NCBI RefSeq assembly: GCF_006345805.1
Contig: NW_021829837.1
Location: forward strand, 1-5,865
From: Octopus sinensis
Taxonomy: Eukaryota
Length of the DNA stretch: 5,865 nucleotides
Direction of reading: 5' to 3'
Shown: positions 1 to 5,865 of the stretch, one piece after another
Layout of the letters: every line of letters starts with the position of its first letter
Position numbering within the stretch: position 1 is the first letter of the stretch
Program-made: the position numbers and the translations under genes
The notes under the pieces: generated by a model
What the model saw: the letters and a program-made list of their open reading frames with translations, nothing else
Databases searched by the model: none
What the model was told of the DNA's origin: nothing

Positions 1-12
1 AATCCAAATATT

Positions 13-58
13 AGGGACTAGTATACTTTCTTGCATTTAAGCAGTCTTCAGGGTCCCA
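13..58 (-). ncRNA. Minimal type I hammerhead ribozyme motif (PLE-type), slightly degenerate
   Basis: Minus strand reads UGGGACC-CUGAAGA-C-UGC-UUAAAU-GCA-A-GAAA-GUAUAC-UA-GUCCCU. Core CUGAnGA is at 51-45 and GAAA at 30-27. Stem III is the palindrome AGUAUACU, the cleavage triplet is CUA (21-19), and stem I is GGGAC/GUCCC with one extra C. Stem II has 3 bp and a C-A mismatch at its base. Confidence 0.7.
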
Positions 59-79
59 GGATGTAGCAAGAATGTTATT

Positions 80-93
80 TATATATATATATA
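80..93. repeat. short (AT)n microsatellite
   Basis: Direct reading. Confidence 0.85.
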
Positions 94-284
94 GCCATTA
101 CCACGATGAATGTGTTCTCTAGAAAATTTTAATCGGATTTTTTAAATATGTTAAGACATTGGTCTTAATTGATTCGAAGGCCAAAACAATGAAAAAAATG
201 CATTGTGACTAGCAATGTGAAACGACATCTTAAAGCTTGGTCGTTCACGTAGATACGTATATATACGTTTCAGTATTAAGGCTG

Positions 285-359
285 ACACACACATACACAC
301 ACACACGCACACACACACACACACGCACGCACACACATACACACACACACACACACACA
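285..359. repeat. (CA)n microsatellite, imperfect
   Basis: Direct reading; it explains the CVCVCV translation of ORF 151..417. Confidence 0.95.
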
Positions 360-521
360 ACATAGAATTTGTTTGGGGATTTGAAAGTTTATTTGAATGT
401 GCAAAACCTGTAGTCATTTATATATAATTTATTCAGATTTAGTATGTGAATAAATTTATTTAAAAACAACTACATGAATTTTTAGATTCAGGCGCATTTT
501 CAAATGCGAACACATATCTCC

Positions 522-708
522 TATATATATATATATCTATTATATATATATATAATATATATATATATATAATTTATATATATATATATATATTATATAT
601 ATGTGTATAATATATAAGATATATAAATGTATATATATATATATATACATATATATCTATATATACTGTATATATATATATATTTTTTATTTATTATATA
701 GATAATAG

Positions 709-739
<31 letters not shown>

Positions 740-778
740 TATATAATAATATATATATTATATATATATATATATATA
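522..778. repeat. (AT)n microsatellite, imperfect
   Basis: Direct reading. Confidence 0.95.
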
Positions 779-847
779 CTACTGTGCACTTGTATTAAGC
801 TTACATCCAGATGAATAGGCCCCTTCAATGGCTTGCCAGCATCTTAC

Positions 848-910
848 AGCAGTGCAAGTACCACACATCCTCATCAATTCCGGCGGCTATTCCCGTCTTT
901 TCAAAAGATT
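848..910 (-). CDS. Candidate 63-nt internal coding exon (phase 1-1), xSFEKTGIAAGIDEDVWYLHC, protein not recognised
   Basis: Minus-strand acceptor tatgtattctaccAG, donor GTaaga, one open frame and a length divisible by 3, in a GC-richer unique island. No homology recognised. Confidence 0.22.
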
Positions 911-1111
911 CTGGTAGAATACATAGTATAAAATCGTTAAGTTACTTGTGGCTATTTACAAAATATATGTAACGTTCGTTGGCTTTATATATTTGAATGG
1001 CAGTAAATCCGTTGGGAGGATTTTGAAAAAATATAATTAAAATATTAACACAGCCCATATAACTGATGGGGACAATTTGTAAGTAGATTACAGTGTATAT
1101 ATGTGTGTGGA

Positions 1112-1274
1112 AGACGCAGGCGTCACCGTGTGTTAAGAGGCTTGTTTACCAGCCACATGGTTCAGAGTTCAGTTCCACTGCACGGCACCTTGGACAAGCG
1201 TCTTCTGCTAGAGCTTCGGGCCGACCAAACCCTTGTGAGTGGATTTGCTAGGCGGAAATTGAAAGAAGCCGTCG
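1112..1274 (+). mobile_element. tRNA-derived SINE, 5' half (CORE-like ccttggacaag motif), octopus-type family
   Basis: Degenerate A box, B-box-like gagttcagttcc and CORE-like caccttggacaagcg. It aligns ungapped at roughly 80% identity over about 90 nt (hand count) to the reverse complement of 4534-4623. It ends in the internal (TA)n of a SINE family I recall from octopus genomes. Confidence 0.85.
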
Positions 1275-1285
1275 TATATATATAT

Positions 1286-1360
1286 GAGCGGCATACTAAT
1301 ACATTGTTTGTTGTGTAATCCACCTGCCTTCGTCTTTTGTTTGTTTTCGTAAACCCCCGT
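1286..1360 (+). mobile_element. Probable extreme 3' terminus of a Penelope-like element
   Basis: gagcggcatactaatacattgtttgttgtg...cacctgccttcgtcttttgtttgttttcgtaaac followed by (AT)n resembles, from memory only, the tail that follows the HHR in octopus PLE repeats. It is flanked by (AT)n on both sides. Confidence 0.4.
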
Positions 1361-1397
1361 TATATATATATATTATATTATATATATATAATATATA

Positions 1398-1432
<35 letters not shown>

Positions 1433-1433
1433 C

Positions 1434-1468
<35 letters not shown>

Positions 1469-1475
1469 ATATATA
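1361..1475. repeat. (AT)n microsatellite
   Basis: Direct reading. Confidence 0.95.
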
Positions 1476-1695
1476 AATGGATGAATGAATTATCCTTGTT
1501 TACCGTTAACATGGAAATTCATATAAACAGTTACTAGTATCATCGTAATTGTTATAATGTCTTTCTTTCTTTCTGATGAGAGATTGCATTTTACGCCGTT
1601 TATTCCTTTGGAATAAAGACCAATGTTGTTTCGAAACATATGTCGAAAGTAAAAGAATTTTAATAACATCTGCGTTCAACTGCATTTATTTACTA
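1476..1695 (+). mobile_element. HHR-bearing ~220-nt retroelement fragment (solo PLE pLTR or retrozyme-like monomer) inserted in (AT)n
   Basis: Unique sequence containing an HHR, bounded on both sides by (AT)n tracts. Confidence 0.55.
1560..1656 (+). ncRNA. Type I hammerhead ribozyme with intact core, long stem II and palindromic stem III
   Basis: CUGAUGA at 1573-1579, G1580:C1632 closing pair, GAAA at 1633-1636, AC-AUAU-GU palindrome at 1636-1643 and GUC triplet at 1642-1644. Stem II is GAGAU/GUUUC plus GCAUU/AAUGU plus a perfect UUUAUUCC/GGAAUAAA hairpin (1599-1617). Stem I pairs (CUUU)n with GAAAGUAAAAGA imperfectly. Confidence 0.85.
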
Positions 1696-1806
<111 letters not shown>

Positions 1807-2157
1807 CACAGTCAACTTGCAGAGGGGAATGGAGATACCAATGTTTCTGACGTTGGTTCTCCATGGTGCCCTCTTCATGGAAAATTTGTCAGAAAAGTAG
1901 ACAATGGGAAAGTGTCTCAATTTATGTGCTGCAATTTATGAGTTAAGAATATAAAACACTGCTGTCTCTGATTAATTATTTTCATCTGAGCTTTTCCTTT
2001 TCGAAGAAGGACTCTGTCTTAGACGTAGGATTATCCCCTCCCAACAGCAACAACACTGTACTTATGTTATCGATTTTATTAAATAATATATGTCTTGCCG
2101 ATGCTAACAAATAATTTCTTTGCAGTGTATTGATCATATATTCATGCATGCACACAC

Positions 2158-2159
<2 letters not shown>

Positions 2160-2201
<42 letters not shown>

Positions 2202-2210
2202 TATATTATA
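2160..2210. repeat. (AT)n microsatellite
   Basis: Direct reading. Confidence 0.9.
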
Positions 2211-2664
2211 ATCTATACATAAATCTATATTGATACACACATACATACATACGTAAGTACTTAAGTCTATATAAAAATGGCGGTTGTGAATTTACCGTTA
2301 TTTAAATGTGTTTTTTCTAATGGCTGGAGTAACCATGCAGAGATTCATTTTCATCAGCTGCTTTCTTCAAACAAGTTCCTCATTAGCTAAGTGGGTGGCA
2401 TGATTAGAAGGAGACTATATTCTTCTTACGGAAACACATCGTTAATGTCAGCGTATAAACAAGAAACATACAGCTCGTCTCTTATTACATTTTACACACA
2501 CAGCAAAAACCTATTGTCTACTCCGACCCTCTCTAGCGCTCTCCTTCTTCTTACCTCTCTCGCTCTCTTTTTTTCTTTTCTTTTCTGACCCTTTATCATT
2601 CTATCTTTGTTTAAGTTGATTTATTCTGGAGAGTTGATTCTTTGTTTTTCCTCCTGCCGCACAG

Positions 2665-2724
2665 GAAATTGGAATAGACAATAAATCAGTGAACGCAAAT
2701 TTGTTGCTGGAAATGATAAATGAG
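2665..2724 (+). CDS. Candidate 60-nt exon (phase 0-0) EIGIDNKSVNANLLLEMINE, protein not recognised
   Basis: Strong polypyrimidine tract and cAG (ctttgtttttcctcctgccgcacAG). Only frame 0 is open. The donor GAG|gtgtta is weak; the alternative is read-through to TGA at 2731-2733. Confidence 0.25.
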
Positions 2725-2796
2725 GTGTTATGACAGAAATAAAATGGAGAAATATGATCAAAACGCTACACGGTTATTAATTTTTGAAAAAAAAGG

Positions 2797-3099
2797 CATC
2801 ATTATTATTATTTATTATTATTATTTTATATTATTATTATTATTATTATTATTATCATCATCATCATCATCATCATTATCTTCGTCTTCTTTTTTTCTTC
2901 CCTACTTCTTTGTCTTCATCTCATTTGTCGTCTTCTTCTTCTTCTTCTTCTTCTTCTTCTTCTTCTTCTCCTCTTCATCTTCTACTTCTTCTTCTTCTCC
3001 TCCTTCTTCTCTTTTTTTATTTTCTTCTTGCTTTTCTTGTTCTTCTTATTGTTGTTGTTCTTCTCCGTCTTTTTCTTATTATTATTATTTTCATTATTA

Positions 3100-3157
<58 letters not shown>

Positions 3158-3198
3158 GTTGCTGGTGCTGTTGTTATTGTTGTTGTTGTTGTTGTTAT
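2797..3198. repeat. Compound trinucleotide microsatellite (ATT)n-(ATC)n-(CTT)n-(ATT)n-(GTT)n
   Basis: Direct reading: ATT about 2801-2853, ATC about 2854-2875, CTT about 2931-2969, ATT about 3077-3157, GTT about 3158-3196. Confidence 0.95.
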
Positions 3199-3406
3199 TT
3201 GTTTGAAATAAAGAAATCATTTTTATTTGTTTGAAAATTGAAACAAAAAGCAGGTAAATCTATAAACAACAGCATGTAAATATTAGTCTAAAGAAAAACA
3301 GGTCTCGAAAACAGCAGCTCTGGGCCCCTTTGGTCAGTCTTGGGCAGCCCTAGAAAGCCTTAGGCAGCTTTTGAATTATTTCCCGTTCATGCGATCGAAT
3401 ATTATT

Positions 3407-3443
<37 letters not shown>
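3407..3443. repeat. (TAG)n microsatellite
   Basis: Direct reading. Confidence 0.95.
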
Positions 3444-3444
<1 letters not shown>

Positions 3445-3448
3445 AATC

Positions 3449-3656
3449 GACGAGGTGACAGAGTGGTTAGCACGCTGGGTGATGTGATTAGCGGCATTTC
3501 GTTGCGTCTTTTAAGTTCTGAGTTCAAATTCCGCCGAGGTGGACTTGGCCCTTCATCTTTTCGTGGGCTATAAAATATATACTAGTGAAACACTGGGGTT
3601 GATGTAATCGACTGGTCCCCTCCAAAATTTCAAGCCCTGTCCTTTTAATAGAAAGG
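3449..3656 (+). mobile_element. Near full-length tRNA-derived SINE (octopus-type) with (ATT)n tail
   Basis: A box TGACAGAGTGG at 3456-3466 and B box GTTCAAATTCC at 3522-3532. The body (ccgccgaggt...taatcgactggtcccctcc...aaatttc) matches a recalled octopus SINE and is followed directly by (ATT)n. Confidence 0.88.
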
Positions 3657-3698
3657 ATTATTATTATTATTATTATTATTATTATTTTATTATTATTA

Positions 3699-3749
<51 letters not shown>

Positions 3750-3791
3750 GTATGTATGCATGTATGTATGTATGTATGTATGTATGTATGT
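3657..3791. repeat. (ATT)n followed by (ATGT)n microsatellites
   Basis: Direct reading; the switch is at about 3748. Confidence 0.95.
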
Positions 3792-3794
3792 TGT

Positions 3795-3909
3795 GAGGGC
3801 GCGTGATTTAGTGGTTAGAGAAATCCGGCTCAGGATGGTAAGGTAGTGAGTTCACTTCCCGGAAACGTGATGCTTCCTTGAGCAAGACTCTTTATTGCAC
3901 ATTGTTCAA
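3795..3909 (+). mobile_element. tRNA-derived SINE, 3'-truncated (different family from 3449-3656)
   Basis: A box TGATTTAGTGG at 3804-3814, B box GTTCACTTCCC at 3850-3860 and central motif ccttgagcaagac at 3876-3888, typical of CORE/V/Meta-type SINE bodies. Confidence 0.82.
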
Positions 3910-4015
3910 GACGATGAGCGCGATTCTATTGTAAGATATTTTATTAGTTCAACAATATTTCAACAGTACGTCTGTCTTTGTCAAGTTCAAAATAAGAAGT
4001 GATAAAAATTCAAAA

Positions 4016-4109
4016 TTATAGAAATTTAAACGTAAAGTATGAACGAGAGCCACCAGCTTTCACACGTTGATGGAACGACATCATCAGTTTTTAAGTTACA
4101 ATTTTATAA
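4016..4109 (-). ncRNA. Degenerate type I hammerhead ribozyme in the PLE 3' UTR
   Basis: Minus strand: CUGAUGA (4087-4081), U-GUCGUU-CCAUC-AACGUGU (CGUU/AACG stem), GAAA (4061-4058), stem III AGC-UGGUG-GCU and triplet CUC (4049-4047). Proximal stem I is poor, but the distal arms 4016-4036 and 4090-4109 are inverted repeats (about 17/21). Confidence 0.6.
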
Positions 4110-4186
4110 TAGACGAAAAGAAAAAGACAGAAAAAAGAAGACGACAGAAAAAAAAGAGGAAAGAAAAAAGAGAAGAAGAAGCATAT

Positions 4187-4533
4187 TTAATCAGCCAGTT
4201 CTGTATATATTTGCTGATATTCTCCTGTCATCTTACTCATTCCTCCAGGGCGTGATGTTAATAACCGCAAACATATTTCTCCTCAAACATATTTCTCCTC
4301 TGAGAAGTGAAAGCTAAGCAGATTCGGAATATTTTCTAAGAATATGCACTTTCAAGTCTGGTTCAAAACAGCAGTCGCTTGAAACGAAATGTTCGGCAAG
4401 TTCTGTCGAACTACTGTTACTGTGCCTGACGCCGAATCTGTGCCCATTAAACCTTTGGTTTAATAGTTCTGTTGTGCAACCAACATAAATTAAGTTGTGT
4501 TTCGTGCATTCTGCAGCGTACGCCAAATGGGAA
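4187..4533 (-). pseudogene. Decayed GIY-YIG endonuclease domain of a Penelope-like retroelement
   Basis: Translation AYAAECTKHNLIYVGCTTELLNQRFNGHRFGVRH...ELAEHF...DLKVHIL shows the Y-x-x-x-C..YVG-x-T..R..H..LAEHF pattern of PLE GIY-YIG domains. After an in-frame TAG (4314-4316) and a frameshift it continues EEKYV/C-RLLTSRPGGMS...ELAD* (the E..W/Y..L.T..P.GM motif), with the stop at 4187-4189. Confidence 0.88.
4269..4300. repeat. Perfect 16-nt tandem duplication AAACATATTTCTCCTC x2 inside the GIY-YIG remnant
   Basis: 4269-4284 is identical to 4285-4300. Confidence 0.95.
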
Positions 4534-4678
4534 TCCGTCAACCAAATCCACTCACAAGGTTTTGGTCGGCTCGAGGCTATAGTAGTAGTTACCTGCCCAA
4601 GATACCACGCAGTGGGACTGAACACGGAGGCGTCTTGTAGGGAAACAAGTTTTTTACCACACACCACTCTTGTGCCTC
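4534..4678 (-). mobile_element. tRNA-derived SINE 5' half, same family as 1112-1274
   Basis: Minus strand ggcacaagagtggtgtgtggtaa...gttcagtcccactgcgtggtatcttgggcagg...gccgaccaaaaccttgtgagtggatttggttgacgga aligns to 1112-1257. Confidence 0.85.
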
Positions 4679-4684
4679 TATGTT

Positions 4685-4794
4685 ACATATACATACATGT
4701 ATATATGTACATATATATATATGAACATATATATATATGTATGTATATATATATATATTATATATATATATAATATATATAATATATATATATA
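4685..4794. repeat. (AT)n/(ATAC)n microsatellite
   Basis: Direct reading. Confidence 0.93.
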
Positions 4795-5040
4795 GACAGA
4801 TACCTGTATATACGACAAACAGTACGCTTGCTTCTATCGCCTCTTCTCCACCTAATTGGAAAACATGCGTGTTACATCCAATGTCGTATCATAATATAAT
4901 TGCAATGCTATTAATAATTCAACGTTTAATAACATTGGCTCAATATTCTTTTCGTTTAATCCCAGAATCATATTTCTTGCATCAGTCGTTAAACTGTATC
5001 CTATTTGATCGATTATGTAAATAAACAATGATGAGATGTT

Positions 5041-5320
5041 CAAATAATTACAGGAATTTGTTAAAAGAATGGCAGGACTTTGAATAATGATATAAGAACG
5101 TTAAATAATAACGTGCTCGTATTAATAATGATAGGTTTATGTTAATAATGAACCCATTGGGTACGTAACGATGAGGTTATTTCGATAAAGAATCGATTCT
5201 GTTAATAATGAAAGGAATCTGTAAGGACTGATAGGTTCTGTTAATATTATTATGATTCTGCAAATAACTATGATTTACTGTGAAGAATCCTAAAATTCTA
5301 TGAAGAATATCAGTTAGGAA
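5041..5320. repeat. Degenerate ~20-nt minisatellite, about 14 units, consensus near TTAATAATGATAGGTTCTG
   Basis: Units start at 5041, 5061, 5081, 5101, 5122, 5142, 5162, 5182, 5202, 5222, 5241, 5261, 5281 and 5301. ttaataatga recurs at 5122, 5142 and 5202; ttctg/atctg closes several units. Confidence 0.7.
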
Positions 5321-5428
5321 GAGTTCACAGATTATGTTGAATGTACCGAAGACGCTAACGTATATTATTTCAATGGACTCAAAGACCTGGCGTGAATTAG
5401 ATTGTATGTGTGTATATAGGTATAAATA

Positions 5429-5622
5429 AAATCCTTAAATCCTTAAAAATGTTTCAGCCCGGAGCCAGCGGCCATGCTGCAACACCACCGTTGAATGAGC
5501 TGCACTAGTATGTGAAACCACCTCTGATACGTGGCACTTAATCAACAAGGGAGTTCGATGCCGCTGCCCGCATCATGTTTCCTGCTGAGAGGCAGGTTCA
5601 TCTGGGATCCCTGATGAACCTA
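5429..5622 (-). mobile_element. Retroposon 3' part with SINE/LINE-type tail and short tandem (TTAAGGAT)-like terminus
   Basis: Minus strand ...cggtggtgttgcagcatggccgctggctccgggctgaaac-atttttaaggatttaaggattt resembles the recalled octopus SINE tail ggcggtgctccagcatggccgc...ctgaaac plus short repeats. Confidence 0.55.
5595..5622. repeat. 28-nt near-perfect palindrome AGGTTCATC-T-GGGATCCC-T-GATGAACCT
   Basis: Self-complementary except for one T/T mismatch; centred on GGGATCCC. Ends are approximate to +/-2 nt. Confidence 0.85.
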
Positions 5623-5686
5623 GTTTTATATACATATTATTTCTGTGTATAAATCTATATATGCATGTATATATATGTGTGTATGC

Positions 5687-5692
5687 AGATAA

Positions 5693-5769
<77 letters not shown>

Positions 5770-5780
5770 GAGATAGATAT
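5687..5780. repeat. (GATA)n microsatellite
   Basis: Direct reading. Confidence 0.97.
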
Positions 5781-5865
5781 GTTTCTTTATTAGCCACACA
5801 GGGCTGCACACAGATAGAACAAATTACAAGGTAGAGTTTCTTTGAAGGTTAAAAAAAAAAAAAAA
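5781..5865 (-). mobile_element. 3' end of a non-LTR retrotransposon (possibly L1/Tx1-like) abutting (TCTA)n, continuing beyond the window
   Basis: Minus strand ctctaccttgtaatttgttctatctgtgtgcagccctgtgtggctAATAAAgaaac is followed by (TCTA)n, with AATAAA at 5791-5786. The family assignment is from recall only. Confidence 0.5.

Larger units (their letters stand above)
3910..4533 (-). mobile_element. 5'-truncated Penelope-like element 3' portion (GIY-YIG end, 3' UTR/pLTR with HHR)
   Basis: GIY-YIG coding remnant, then an A/T-rich UTR and an HHR motif, all on the same strand and in the order known for PLEs. The 3' boundary is approximate. Confidence 0.75.

Noticed and set aside
151-168. Hairpin TTAAGAC-attg-GTCTTAA
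   Set aside because: A 7-bp AT-rich stem is expected by chance and has no supporting context.
151-417. 88-aa minus-strand ORF
   Set aside because: Largely a translation of the (CA)n repeat; no recognisable domain.
1103-1318. 71-aa plus-strand ORF
   Set aside because: Read-through of SINE sequence.
1808-1925. GC-richer island as a plus-strand exon (EGNGDTNVSDVGSPWCPLHGKFVRK)
   Set aside because: Poor polypyrimidine tract, weak donor and unrecognised peptide.
2290-2370. Minus-strand CUGAUGA (2357-2351) with a downstream GAAA as a possible fourth hammerhead
   Set aside because: No stem I complementarity and no convincing stem II closing pair; treated as chance.
2720-3234. Long low-complexity ORFs (poly-L/I/S/Y/H/N)
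   Set aside because: Artefacts of the trinucleotide microsatellite array.
3449-3535. tRNA genes at the SINE heads (also 3795-3865)
   Set aside because: A and B boxes are present, but there is no complete cloverleaf or acceptor stem and the sequences continue into SINE bodies.
4039-4317. Plus-strand ORFs 4039..4317 and 4067..4255
   Set aside because: Antisense to the PLE 3' UTR; the K/R/E-rich content comes from an A/G-rich tract.
4314-4667. 117-aa ORF as an intact endonuclease gene
   Set aside because: GTG start inside a SINE, N-terminal half SINE-derived, and the GIY-YIG part is truncated by a premature stop. Reported as a pseudogene and chimera instead.
5041-5320. CRISPR-like array interpretation of the 20-nt periodic region
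   Set aside because: No constant repeat with unique spacers, eukaryotic context and no cas genes.
5550-5620. Minus-strand CAGAUGA-A-CCUGC..GCAGG-AAAC as a hammerhead
   Set aside because: The core has U4A, the G of GAAA is used by stem II, and there is no correctly placed NUH or stem I. The plus-strand CUGAUGA at 5611 lacks stem II and GAAA.
5573-5811. LSIY-repeat ORFs
   Set aside because: Translation of (TCTA)n.

Overview
AT-rich, microsatellite-dense eukaryotic DNA with no intact protein-coding gene. It is most likely intergenic or intronic octopus/cephalopod sequence; this is inferred from recalled SINE families and not searched. The window is a mosaic of retroelement debris between (AT)n, (CA)n, (ATT)n and (GATA)n tracts. 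It holds four tRNA-derived SINE copies, a decayed Penelope-like element (PLE) GIY-YIG endonuclease fragment with its 3' UTR, and two further retroposon 3' ends. The main signal not shown by the ORF track is three different type I hammerhead ribozyme (HHR) motifs: 13-58 (-), 1560-1656 (+, intact catalytic core) and 4016-4109 (-, downstream of the GIY-YIG remnant). Two of them have the palindromic mini-stem III typical of dimer-acting PLE hammerheads. In two places a SINE 5' half is joined in the same orientation to a PLE-like 3' end. Almost all ORFs in the track are translations of microsatellites or SINEs. Two weak candidate micro-exons are noted.
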